Shown here: one piece after another, positions 41,359-50,669 of the stretch
Layout of the letters: each line of letters opens with the position of its first letter
How positions within the stretch are numbered: the first letter of the stretch is position 1
NCBI GenBank assembly: GCA_964577305.1
Contig: CAZNYS010000004.1
Coordinates: forward strand, 8,661-72,660
Direction of reading: 5' to 3'
Length of the DNA stretch: 64,000 nucleotides
Source of the DNA: an uncultured Rikenellaceae bacterium
GTDB lineage: Bacteria > Bacteroidota > Bacteroidia > Bacteroidales > VadinHA17
Notes under the pieces: model-generated
Told to the model about the DNA's origin: nothing
Seen by the model: only the letters and a program-made list of their open reading frames with translations
Databases searched by the model: none
Position numbers and translations under genes: made by a program

Positions 41359-42840
41359 TTGCTTCGTATTTCTTATCGGAAGATGCATCAATACGGAATT
41401 AAAATATTTTTTTTGATTAAAAGGATATATTTTTTTGCTTTTATACTCTCACTATTAATATTTTCCTGTGATTCCGGGCCCAAAGCTGTTGATGATAATA
41501 TACCCGTCAATCCTGACCTTGATGAGATAAGGGAGCGTGGAAAACTCGTTGCCCTGACAGACTTTAATTCCATAAGCTATTTTATTTACAGGGGAGAACC
41601 TATGGGATTCCAGTTTGAATTGCTTCAGGAATTTGCTGATTACCTTCAGATTGAACTTGAGATAGTGACTGAAAATGACCTGAGCCTCTCATTTGAAATG
41701 CTCAATGACGGAAGAATAGACATAATGGCAATAAACCTTACCATTAGTAATGAAAGGAAAAAGATAGTAAAGTTTACGCATCCTATAACTCAGACAAGGC
41801 AGGTACTTGTTCAGAAACGACCCAATAACTGGCGTGAGATGACAACAGATGGGATTGATGATGTACTTGTGAGAAGCCTTCTGGATCTTGCTGATAAAAC
41901 GGTATATGTGCAGTCAGGATCATCCTTTGCACAGAGGATGATAAACCTTCAGGATGAGATAGGTGATACCATATATATTGTTGAAGTTCCAATAGAAGTA
42001 GAAGAGCTTATAACACTTGTGGCCAATGGTGAGATAAATTATACCGTATCGGATGAAAATACAGCAATGGTAAACCGCACATATTATCCTGACCTTGACC
42101 TGGAAACACCTGTAAGCTTTGAACAGAACCTGGCGTGGGCAGTGAGAATCAACGGGTCGGATAAACTGCTTGAAGAGATTAATAATTGGATTGACGGGTT
42201 TAAAAAGACTGAAAGGTATGCACTGCTGTATGCCAAGTATTTCAAAAACTCAAGGTCAAAACATATAGTACAGTCAAATTATTACAGTCTTGGCAGTGGG
42301 AACATATCACGCTGGGATGATTATCTCAAACGATACAGCGATTCAATAGGCTGGGACTGGCGCTTACTGGCTTCACTGGTACTCCAGGAGTCACGTTTTG
42401 ATCCTGATGTACAATCATGGTCAGGAGCTTACGGACTCATGCAGCTGATGCCTGCAACAGGGAAGCAATTTGGTATTGACATTTATTCAAGCCCGGAAAA
42501 CAATATCAGGGCCGGCATAAAGTATATACAATGGCTTCAGGAACTATTCGAAGATAAGGTGCCTGATGAACAGGAAAGGATAAAATTTATTCTTGCTTCA
42601 TATAATGTTGGTCCGGGACATGTGCTTGATGCACGCCAGCTTGCTCATAAAAATGACCGTGATCCCGAGGTATGGGATGATAATGTGGCTTATTACCTGC
42701 TGCGAAAGTCAGACCCTGAATATTACCATGACCCAGTGGTTGAACATGGTTTCTGCCGTGGTGAAGAACCATTCAACTATGTGATAGAAGTGCTCGACAG
42801 GTATGAACATTATAAAAATTTTATGGGGGGAGGCGATTAG
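41359..42840 (+). CDS. mltF: MltF-like lytic transglycosylase (SBP domain plus SLT domain); probable start ATG 41383
   Basis: GEPMGFQFEL, QESRFD catalytic Glu, GAYGLMQLMP and ASYNVG motifs; lipobox FSC. Confidence 0.85.
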   Translation: MLRISYRKMHQYGIKIFFLIKRIYFFAFILSLLIFSCDSGPKAVDDNIPVNPDLDEIRERGKLVALTDFNSISYFIYRGEPMGFQFELLQEFADYLQIELEIVTENDLSLSFEMLNDGRIDIMAINLTISNERKKIVKFTHPITQTRQVLVQKRPNNWREMTTDGIDDVLVRSLLDLADKTVYVQSGSSFAQRMINLQDEIGDTIYIVEVPIEVEELITLVANGEINYTVSDENTAMVNRTYYPDLDLETPVSFEQNLAWAVRINGSDKLLEEINNWIDGFKKTERYALLYAKYFKNSRSKHIVQSNYYSLGSGNISRWDDYLKRYSDSIGWDWRLLASLVLQESRFDPDVQSWSGAYGLMQLMPATGKQFGIDIYSSPENNIRAGIKYIQWLQELFEDKVPDEQERIKFILASYNVGPGHVLDARQLAHKNDRDPEVWDDNVAYYLLRKSDPEYYHDPVVEHGFCRGEEPFNYVIEVLDRYEHYKNFMGGGD

Positions 42841-42845
42841 AGGAG

Positions 42846-42875
42846 AAGGCTAAGGCTGAGGCTAAGGCTTAGCCT
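42846..42875. repeat. Hexamer tandem repeat (A/G)AGGCT x4 plus inverted TAGCCT
   Basis: AAGGCT AAGGCT GAGGCT AAGGCT TAGCCT between convergent genes. Confidence 0.8.
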
Positions 42876-43513
42876 ATAATTATCCCCTCCCTTTTTATCA
42901 CTACCAGCAATTCATGCAGCATCATCGCCGTGGCACCCCAGATTACATGACCATTGTAGTAATAGTGCTTGACATCAAGCACTTCATTCCTGATAAGCAT
43001 TGATTTCTCCTTCACAATATCATCGTTAAAGAAATCGGCTAATCGCGCTTCAATAACAGATACTACCTCTTTCCTGTCAGGTGAAAAGTCAGGCCGCTTA
43101 TTACAAAAAGCAACAACAGGGTTAACTTCTATATTACTGACCGGTATGAACAGAGGTGTCAGGATTCCGAGTATTGTGAACTCTTCATCGCATATACCAA
43201 TTTCCTCACATGTTTCTCTAACTGCCGTATCCGTAAGGCTGTGGTCTCCTTTTTCCCTCTTGCCCCCCGGGAATGAAATCTGGCCACTGTGAACACCATC
43301 ATACTCCGGTCTTTGAATGAAGAGTGTATATATTGTATCATTAACAGGGTACAGCAAAACTAAAACACCCGCAAGTTTTGAATCGCTTCTTTTCTTTCGC
43401 GGGAAATTCCTTGTCATCCTGTCTGAAGAAGCCATTTCCCACTGTGCGTCTGTTCCGGGAAGGGGCTTACCCAGGGCAGTTTTCATACTGCTGATAAATC
43501 GGTCGTGGTTCAT
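42869..43513 (-). CDS. Nudix CoA pyrophosphatase
   Basis: HSGQISFPGG...AVRETCEEIG Nudix box and IWGATA motif. TATATTTG box at 43518-43525. Confidence 0.88.
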   Translation of the reverse strand: MNHDRFISSMKTALGKPLPGTDAQWEMASSDRMTRNFPRKKRSDSKLAGVLVLLYPVNDTIYTLFIQRPEYDGVHSGQISFPGGKREKGDHSLTDTAVRETCEEIGICDEEFTILGILTPLFIPVSNIEVNPVVAFCNKRPDFSPDRKEVVSVIEARLADFFNDDIVKEKSMLIRNEVLDVKHYYYNGHVIWGATAMMLHELLVVIKREGIIIG

Positions 43514-43589
43514 GGTACAAATATAGCAAATGCCCGGGTCACACCCCGGGAATAAAAAACGTAATTATTTTGTAGATTTGGTAATAATT

Positions 43590-43994
43590 ATGGAGCAAAG
43601 AGATTATATATTAAGAGAGATTGAAAAAATCTCAGTGGTAATAATGGCCATACTGGGTAAATTCAGGCGGATAAAGTCAAAGAAACAGTTTGAACAGGAA
43701 AGAACAATGATTGACAATCAACTGGAAGAAGCCAACGGGTTAACAATCGATAAACTTTTATCTTTTACAGAAGAAGAAATAATTTCATTTATAGATGTAA
43801 ATGAAGGGTTTGTCCCGGGGAACATGGAACTCCTTGCTGACCTGCTTATTGCATTTGCCGAAAATTTACCTGAAAATGAGAGTCGTAATCTTTTAAATAA
43901 AGCCGTAATAATTCTTGAATATGTAGACCGTGAAACCAAAACCTTTTCAATGGAACGGTCGTTGAAAATATCCTGTTTAAGGGAAAGGCTCTAA
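43590..43994 (+). CDS. Hypothetical helical protein (DUF6483-like); probable start ATG 43590
   Basis: MEQRDYILREIEK N-terminus. TAGATTTG box at 43573-43580. Confidence 0.55.
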   Translation: MEQRDYILREIEKISVVIMAILGKFRRIKSKKQFEQERTMIDNQLEEANGLTIDKLLSFTEEEIISFIDVNEGFVPGNMELLADLLIAFAENLPENESRNLLNKAVIILEYVDRETKTFSMERSLKISCLRERL

Positions 43995-44037
43995 CAATGG
44001 TTGCTACGAAAGTACACTAGCTCCCCCTGATCCAAAT

Positions 44038-45423
44038 TTATTTTCTGAATTTCCTGACAAATTCTTCAACCTCTTTAACACCTCCCTGGTAAACGAGGTA
44101 TCCGTTATAGGGTTCTCTTTCTGTTATTTCGTCATTAACAGGCCTCAGCATTATTTCTTTTACTTTCGCAGGATCATCAGTCTGGCCCAGGGCCCAGCCC
44201 AGTTTAACCCATGCAACCTCGGGCAGCATATTACCAAGGGGCACTACACCCTTGGCCATCATATCACGGCCGGTTTCATAAACCATCATATGAACATAGC
44301 CCCAGATAGTCTGCAGCGTCATAAAAACTGACACTCCCTTTTCTTTTGCTCTCTGCAGCGCAGGATATAGTTCCCTGTTGACATGGCCCAGCCCTGTTCC
44401 AACTATAATAATTCCTTTATAACCCATATCAATCAGGCTGTCAAATATTTCAGGCTGCATATGCGGGTAGTAATAAAGCATGGTAACCTGCTCACTGAAG
44501 TATGGCATGATTTTTACCTTCTTGTCCTTACGACGGGGATTATATTCTTTCTTGATATGTTTAATCCCTTCTTTCGTGACTGTTGCCACAGGCGTATCTC
44601 CTATTGTCCTGAAGGTCGACCGGTAAGAGCTGTGCATTTTCCTGACCCTGGTTCCCCTGTGCAGGAAGCCATAATCGTCGGAAGTAGGGCCGAACATGCA
44701 AACCAGTACTTCTGCAATATCACCATGACCCGCAGCGTATGATGCATGAATAAGGTTAAGGGCGGCGTCGGATGAAGGGCGGTCGGATGATCGCTGTGAA
44801 CCGACCAGGATCACTGGTATGGGAAGGTTCTGAACCATAAATGACAGTGCTGCTGCTGTATGATGCAGGGTGTCAGTACCATGACCGATTATTATCCCGT
44901 CAGCACCATTCTCAATCTCCTTGCCAATGGCCTTGGCCAGGGTAATATATTGTTCAGGACCCATATTCTCGCTGAAAACAGCAAATAGTTTTTCAGTATT
45001 TATATTACATATATCGGCCAGTTCAGGTACAGCCCCGTAAAGTTCCCCGGGTGAGAAAGCCGGTATAACGGCTCCCGTACGGTAGTCCAGTCGTGATGCT
45101 ATGGTACCTCCCGTGCCAAATAGTTTGACAGTGGGTTTATCATCAGAATACGGAAATTCTTTTTCTGGTATCTTGTAATTGGCTTTCTTGTAGCCTGTTT
45201 CTTTCATTGATGTTATAGTGCTGATATTGATACCAATATTATAGCCGGTTTCAATTTTCAGCACCAGGTGCATATCATCATCATTTTCTGATCTTGGCAA
45301 TACAGTACCCCTGAATACTCCCCTGGTGGTTTCAATATAAGCCTGTCCCCATACCCTCACATTGTATTTTTTGAGAGTATTGAGTGCTTTACCCCTGTAT
45401 CCCTGGAATATTTGATCAGTCAT
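44038..45423 (-). CDS. gatD: Glu-tRNA(Gln) amidotransferase subunit D (archaeal-type GatD)
   Basis: GatD N-terminal domain (LKIETGYNIGI), GGTIASRLDYRTGAV, HGTDT, GSQRSSDRPSSD, VRKMHS, GTGLGHV and MLPEVAWVKLGWALG motifs. Confidence 0.93.
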   Translation of the reverse strand: MTDQIFQGYRGKALNTLKKYNVRVWGQAYIETTRGVFRGTVLPRSENDDDMHLVLKIETGYNIGINISTITSMKETGYKKANYKIPEKEFPYSDDKPTVKLFGTGGTIASRLDYRTGAVIPAFSPGELYGAVPELADICNINTEKLFAVFSENMGPEQYITLAKAIGKEIENGADGIIIGHGTDTLHHTAAALSFMVQNLPIPVILVGSQRSSDRPSSDAALNLIHASYAAGHGDIAEVLVCMFGPTSDDYGFLHRGTRVRKMHSSYRSTFRTIGDTPVATVTKEGIKHIKKEYNPRRKDKKVKIMPYFSEQVTMLYYYPHMQPEIFDSLIDMGYKGIIIVGTGLGHVNRELYPALQRAKEKGVSVFMTLQTIWGYVHMMVYETGRDMMAKGVVPLGNMLPEVAWVKLGWALGQTDDPAKVKEIMLRPVNDEITEREPYNGYLVYQGGVKEVEEFVRKFRK

Positions 45424-47398
45424 CTGTCATGATTCTTTGTTCGAGTTTTATTCTCAGTTCACTTAACCTTATATTGCCTGTTGCCTGGCTTCTAACCTGG
45501 CCCATAATCCAGTTAACCGCACAACCAGGATCATCCGATTTACGTTCTTCATTAAATTTTTCGTACAGGAAAACAGCAGGAGCAAGAATGTCATTTATTC
45601 CTTTCTTTTTGTAATTCAATATTGTGAGTATGGATTCATATCTCATTTTGGGATGTTGGTACAGAACCTTAATCATCGGGCCTGCTATTTCAACCTGCAG
45701 ACATTGTGAATTTATAAAACCAAAAAGCTTATAAATTATATCATAATTAAAGTTCTTGTGTGGTTTCATGGTCCCTTCAATATTTTTAAACCTATGACCA
45801 AGGAAAATCCCTATAGACCTGGCGTCAAAACCAAAATCATTTGAGATTGAGACTATCAGGGGGTACAGGTTTTTACTCAGGATATACTTGTATGTATCTT
45901 CCGGTATTCCCCATTTTTTCATCTGCTTAATCCTGCCTGAAACATAATCCGGCAATTTTGCTCTTATTTCTTCAATCTGTTCATCGCGCAGAGGAATAGG
46001 GGCAGAGTCGGTATCGGGATACATCCTGTTCTTACCCGGAAGCACTCTCTCAAACATTGTTGTACCATCCGGGAATGATTTTCTGGTTTCGTTTGGTACA
46101 CCTGTAAAAGCAATCTGTATTCTTTCCTCCACCGTTTCAAGTGCTGTGGGTATATCTTCGGGAGGTCCCCACAGGATTATCAGGGCATCCTCATCTGTAG
46201 CTCCAAGGAAATCTGCTATCCTCTTCCATTTATCCCTTGACAGTAAAGGTTCCAGCTCTTCTGAATGGGTCATATTGGGTTTTTCGATGCATGCGATAAC
46301 CTTCAACCTGTCACTTATCTCATCGGCAAATATTCTCCCTGGCTGAGTGAAGTGTGACAGTATTGCATTGCAGTCTGGAAGCCTGAGAGAAAAGACCTGC
46401 ATATTATTATTAAAAGCTTTCTTAACAGGTTCTGACAGTAAAGATGTATCACTGCCAGATATTTCCCTGTATACGATTTTCCATCTTGAAGGATCATTCA
46501 CTCTGTCATTGAGAATATCCCTGATATGAAGAAGTGCATATTGCCGGAATGCTTCATTATGTGACAGTTCAGGTATCCAGTTATTATGTGCCACACCTTT
46601 AACCTCAACCCTGCTTCCCCCCTCGCAGCTTACATTTACGTCTTCCCTTCCTGAACCTATACCCGTACGAACCTTTCCGGTACTCCTGTTCAGGTACCTG
46701 ATATATTCTGCTGCTTCAGCCAGTTCCCATGGTGTGAACATGTCGGGGTAGGTAACCGTTTCAATCAGTGGCATGCCCAGACGGTCTGTTTTGAATATTC
46801 GGGTATGACCGATATCTGATATTTCACGGCATGAATCTTCTTCGATACTTAGCTGCATTATCCTGACTTTCTTATTGGTCAGTTCAATTTCACCTTCTAC
46901 ACCCAGTATGGCTGATCTCTGGAAACCCGTTGGTATGCTGCCATCAAGATATTGTTTGCGTATAATGTGAACTTCACCTACAATGTTGAGCTTACATAAT
47001 AATGATATTTCAAGTGCTATATCAAGTGCTTTCCTGTCAATAGGAAAAGGAGGAGTATCATCAACTTCATAGGTGCAGGCGTTATCATTATGGATACGAT
47101 AGATTATCTCTTTGCGTGTCTTAAATTCCATAAGAGCAGTTCCGTCGTATTCACCAAGCTCACTAAGGGTAGGACGCATATGGCGTATGACTTCGGCATC
47201 ATAATCGTTATTATCATGGTAGATCCCTGCCGGGCAGCGACAAAAAAGCTTACTTTCAGTGTCCAGCTGCTGATGAACCTCAAGTCCGGATTTAAATCCT
47301 ATCCTGAGGTAATCCTTCTCAGATGCATCATGCAGACTAACATAACCGATCAGCTTAAGGGTCGATTCATAGTTCCTTTTTGGACTAAACCTTTTCAT
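45416..47398 (-). CDS. gatE: Glu-tRNA(Gln) amidotransferase subunit E (archaeal-type GatE)
   Basis: GLEVHQQLDT..KLFCRCP, RPTLSELGEYD, DGSIPTGFQRS, IEEDS, DRLGMPLIE, REDVNVS, RVEVKGV, GAD-like insert, GVPNETR...LPG..RMYPDTD and a helical tail. Confidence 0.93.
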   Translation of the reverse strand: MKRFSPKRNYESTLKLIGYVSLHDASEKDYLRIGFKSGLEVHQQLDTESKLFCRCPAGIYHDNNDYDAEVIRHMRPTLSELGEYDGTALMEFKTRKEIIYRIHNDNACTYEVDDTPPFPIDRKALDIALEISLLCKLNIVGEVHIIRKQYLDGSIPTGFQRSAILGVEGEIELTNKKVRIMQLSIEEDSCREISDIGHTRIFKTDRLGMPLIETVTYPDMFTPWELAEAAEYIRYLNRSTGKVRTGIGSGREDVNVSCEGGSRVEVKGVAHNNWIPELSHNEAFRQYALLHIRDILNDRVNDPSRWKIVYREISGSDTSLLSEPVKKAFNNNMQVFSLRLPDCNAILSHFTQPGRIFADEISDRLKVIACIEKPNMTHSEELEPLLSRDKWKRIADFLGATDEDALIILWGPPEDIPTALETVEERIQIAFTGVPNETRKSFPDGTTMFERVLPGKNRMYPDTDSAPIPLRDEQIEEIRAKLPDYVSGRIKQMKKWGIPEDTYKYILSKNLYPLIVSISNDFGFDARSIGIFLGHRFKNIEGTMKPHKNFNYDIIYKLFGFINSQCLQVEIAGPMIKVLYQHPKMRYESILTILNYKKKGINDILAPAVFLYEKFNEERKSDDPGCAVNWIMGQVRSQATGNIRLSELRIKLEQRIMTDD

Positions 47399-47640
47399 TC
47401 TTCGATCAATAATATGGCCAATTTATGGAAGAATGCGGAGATATCAAATTCCTGTCTTTTTAAGGAAGAACAGGTGATTTAATAAATTAAATAATATTTC
47501 CCGGTATTTGTTAATTTATCTCAAATTGGGCTTTTGCTTATATAAAATCTTAAACAGAAAAGCAGAAATAGAAAATTGACAGAAATTTAATTTTTTTGTC
47601 CGGTAATGAATGGCATCCCTCTTTATTCTATCTGAATGAA

Positions 47641-48885
47641 TCAATCGAACTTAATGGCTTTAACCGGACTAATGGCAGCAACAAGCCTTGAAGGTATAAG
47701 GAGCATGATCAGGATAATAGATATTGTGCCAAGGTTAAGAAATATAAAATGAAGAATATGAAAATTAATCGGAACAGTAGTCAGGTAGTATGATGATGGA
47801 TCAAGGCTTATAAGCTCGAATCTTTTCTGTATGGCGGCCAGTCCATAGCCGATAATATTACCCCAGAGAAGTCCTGCTGCTATTATATACGCTGCCTGGT
47901 TGAGGAAGATTTTCTGGATAAGCTTATTATCAGAACCAAGTGCTTTAAGTATACCTATCATATTGGTTTTCTCAAGTATCAGTATCAGCAGGCCTGATAT
48001 CATTGTAAACGCTGCAACAAGGAGCATAAGAACTACAATAACAATTACATTGGTGTCCTGGAAATTTAGCCAGTCAAGGATCTGCGGATATTTTATCTTT
48101 AAATTGGTGACCTTTAATTTTTCATGGTCCTCAAGGAATTTGTAACCTATAGCATCCCTGACAATAAAGGTCATCAGGTCAATATGATTAAAATTGTCAA
48201 TGAAAATCTCGAAGCCACTTACCTGGTCCTCCTTCCAACCATTTAACCTTTGTATATGCCCGATATCTCCGAAAATATATATTTTGTCCATAGCCTCGAC
48301 GCTTGTTTCGTATATGCCTTCAACAGTGAATTTTCTCATTCGCGGAGGGTCCTGGACAAAGTACATGGCAAAATCATCACCAAGGCCAAGATTTAACAGA
48401 TCAGATATGGATCTTGAAATTATTACACCATTTGAAATGGTGCTGTCGTTCAGGCTGAGAACAGAACCTTCCACCAGGTTCTTCCTGAAAAAGCTCCAGT
48501 CATAGTCGGTGCTTACACCTTTAAGAACGACACCCTGAATGTTTTCTTCTGTTTTTATGATACCTGCTTTCGTGGCAAAAACATGTATGTTTACAAATCC
48601 CCTGTATTTATCAAGCTTCGATGTAAATTCCTGCCTGGATGAGATGGGAGCCGTTTCAAAAGAGTAGTTGGAATCGAAGTTCAGTACCTGTATATGACCG
48701 CTGAAGCCAGCAATCTTATTCCTTATTTCCTGTTTAAACCCTGTAAGTATGGCAAAGGCAAGTATCATTACCGATATACTGAGAGCTATCCCTGCAATGA
48801 CTATCCTGTTAATCGGCCTTGAAAAGGTCAACCCCTTCCTTCTTTCACTTATCAGTCGTTTTGATATGAATAAGGCGGTTTTCAA
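47641..48885 (-). CDS. LolC/E-family (FtsX-like) ABC transporter permease
   Basis: GIALSISVMIL, GFKQEIR, MacB-like periplasmic domain, LEKTNMIGILKALG and SPVKAIKFD motifs. Confidence 0.88.
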   Translation of the reverse strand: MKTALFISKRLISERRKGLTFSRPINRIVIAGIALSISVMILAFAILTGFKQEIRNKIAGFSGHIQVLNFDSNYSFETAPISSRQEFTSKLDKYRGFVNIHVFATKAGIIKTEENIQGVVLKGVSTDYDWSFFRKNLVEGSVLSLNDSTISNGVIISRSISDLLNLGLGDDFAMYFVQDPPRMRKFTVEGIYETSVEAMDKIYIFGDIGHIQRLNGWKEDQVSGFEIFIDNFNHIDLMTFIVRDAIGYKFLEDHEKLKVTNLKIKYPQILDWLNFQDTNVIVIVVLMLLVAAFTMISGLLILILEKTNMIGILKALGSDNKLIQKIFLNQAAYIIAAGLLWGNIIGYGLAAIQKRFELISLDPSSYYLTTVPINFHILHFIFLNLGTISIILIMLLIPSRLVAAISPVKAIKFD

Positions 48886-48992
48886 TTATCCTGATTTGCT
48901 TTCAAAATTAGTAATTAATAAATAAGTTTATCAGAATTCAGATCCATTGATCCTGTGACAAAGAAAATATAACTTTAAGCAAAAATAAGATT

Positions 48993-50159
48993 ATGAAATA
49001 TTACATGTTGTTACTTGCTTTATTATTCGCGTTACAGGCCCGAAATACATGCTGTGATAATGTTGTTCCGGGTGCATGGCAGTTTAATGAATATAATCAT
49101 CTTATTGAAGGGAAGAGGATTGGTTTCATAGGAAACCATACAAGCATGGTTGGCAATGTTCACCTTGTCGATACACTGTTGTCGAGGGGTGCGGATATTA
49201 TAAAAATCTTCGGACCCGAACATGGTTTCTGGGGTATTGGTAATGCGGGTTCAATGATACTGGATGAAAAGCATCCTGTACATAAGATTGAAATTATCAG
49301 TCTATACGGACAAAAGAAAAAGCCATTACCCCCAGATATGGAAGGTATTGAAATAATGATATTTGACGTTCAGGATGTAGGAGCACGGTTCTATACGTAT
49401 ATCTCAACATTACAATACGTAATGGAAGCGTGTGCGGAGAGTGACATAGACCTTATCGTACTGGATCGTCCCAACCCAAATGGTTTCTATGTTGATGGGC
49501 CTGTTCTTGATACTGCTTATAAATCTTTTGTGGGGCTTACGCCCATACCGCTTGTTCATGGCATGACAATTGGTGAATATGCCCTTATGCTTAATGGAGA
49601 AGGCTGGCTGAAAGATGGTATGAAATGTGGGTTGCACGTTGTTAAATGCGGTAATTATACCCACGATAAATATTATGACCTGCCCGTTAAGCCATCGCCT
49701 AACCTTCCTGACATGAACTCAATTTATCTCTATCCCAGCACATGCCTGTTTGAAGGCACAGTCCTGAGCTGTGGCCGTGGAACCGATACACCATTCCAGT
49801 TGTTTGGCCACCCGGATATGCCGGATACCGGCTTCAGCTTTACACCCCGGCCAAACGAGGGCTCGTCAGATCCTCGTTTCAATGGAGTTGAATGTTATGG
49901 TGTCGACCTGAGAAATGCGATGGAAGATGGACTGGTACCTGTTCCATACCTGCAGTTACACTGGCTGATAGATGCTTATAATTATTTTCCTGATAAGGAG
50001 AACTTTTTCACCTCCTATATTACATTGCTCACAGGGAGTGAAAACCTGAAAGAACAGATTGTCTCGGGAATGTCAGAAGATGAGATAAGAGAAACATGGA
50101 AGGAGGATCTTTCTGAATTCATGAAGATGAGGGAGAAGTACCTGTTATATGATGATTAA
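48993..50159 (+). CDS. namZ: Exo-beta-N-acetylmuramidase NamZ (DUF1343)
   Basis: NHTS, FGPEHG, FDVQDVGARFYTY, LDRPNP, PSPNLP and EGT.LS.GRGT motifs. Confidence 0.88.
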   Translation: MKYYMLLLALLFALQARNTCCDNVVPGAWQFNEYNHLIEGKRIGFIGNHTSMVGNVHLVDTLLSRGADIIKIFGPEHGFWGIGNAGSMILDEKHPVHKIEIISLYGQKKKPLPPDMEGIEIMIFDVQDVGARFYTYISTLQYVMEACAESDIDLIVLDRPNPNGFYVDGPVLDTAYKSFVGLTPIPLVHGMTIGEYALMLNGEGWLKDGMKCGLHVVKCGNYTHDKYYDLPVKPSPNLPDMNSIYLYPSTCLFEGTVLSCGRGTDTPFQLFGHPDMPDTGFSFTPRPNEGSSDPRFNGVECYGVDLRNAMEDGLVPVPYLQLHWLIDAYNYFPDKENFFTSYITLLTGSENLKEQIVSGMSEDEIRETWKEDLSEFMKMREKYLLYDD

Positions 50160-50161
50160 GA

Positions 50162-50188
50162 TAAAAGACAAAAGTAAAAAGACAAAAG
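50162..50188 (+). repeat. Short tandem repeat TAAAAGACAAAAG x2
   Basis: taaaagacaaaag taaaaagacaaaag directly after the namZ stop. Confidence 0.7.
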
Positions 50189-50191
50189 GAA

Positions 50192-50320
50192 CAGGCCTGG
50201 AGGGCCTGAATAACAATAGCCCCGGACTAAGTCCCTGACCGACTGAGAAGAAGCGTCAGGGTTACACCCGGGGATGTAGATAATAATACCGCCCCAAACC
50301 CCACCGCAGCCGGGTGGATA
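50192..50320. other. GC-rich multi-hairpin intergenic element (REP/MITE-like or ncRNA)
   Basis: CAGGCC/GGCCTG hairpin, nested CCCCGG...CCCTGAC...GTCAGGG...CCGGGG stems, CCACC/GGTGG stem. Confidence 0.55.
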
Positions 50321-50382
50321 TAAATATCTAAGGTCTTGAATTTTTTAAGCGTATGTAATTAATGTAAAAAATATTTGGAAAT

Positions 50383-50405
50383 ATGTACAGTATACATTAC
50401 ATTTG
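50383..50405 (+). promoter_or_regulatory. Putative Xre operator overlapping a -7 box
   Basis: ATGTACAGTATACATTACAT (16/20 palindromic) overlapping TACATTTG at 50398-50405, about 20 bp before the HTH gene. Confidence 0.6.
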
Positions 50406-50425
50406 GTAAAAACTAATTAACAAAG

Positions 50426-50635
50426 ATGAAACTGGGAAATAATTTAAGGCGTTGTCGTTTTGACCGAAATGAAATGTCCCAGGAAGACCTAGCGAAAGAA
50501 ATAGGTGTAACGAGGCAGACTATACATTCAATTGAAAAGGGGAAATTTGTTCCATCCGCCTTACTTGCATTCAAACTGGCCAGATTCTTCAATAAACCTG
50601 TTGAAGAAGTATTTTATATTATAGACGAAGAATAG
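50426..50635 (+). CDS. Xre/HTH_3 transcriptional regulator
   Basis: MSQEDLAKEIGVTRQTIHSIEKGKFVPS motif. Confidence 0.92.
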   Translation: MKLGNNLRRCRFDRNEMSQEDLAKEIGVTRQTIHSIEKGKFVPSALLAFKLARFFNKPVEEVFYIIDEE

Positions 50636-50669
50636 AAGTTAACCATATGTAAATAACAGCAGTAAGGGT

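Noticed and set aside
44038-45423. Ordinary L-asparaginase
   Set aside because: It has the GatD-specific N-terminal domain and SRLDYRTGAV/RSSDRPSSD motifs and is coupled to gatE. A separate AnsA exists at the window start.
45416-47398. Ordinary bacterial GatB
   Set aside because: Length, the GAD-like insert, RPTLSELGE and GVPNETR motifs and coupling to GatD (no gatA/gatC nearby) identify GatE.
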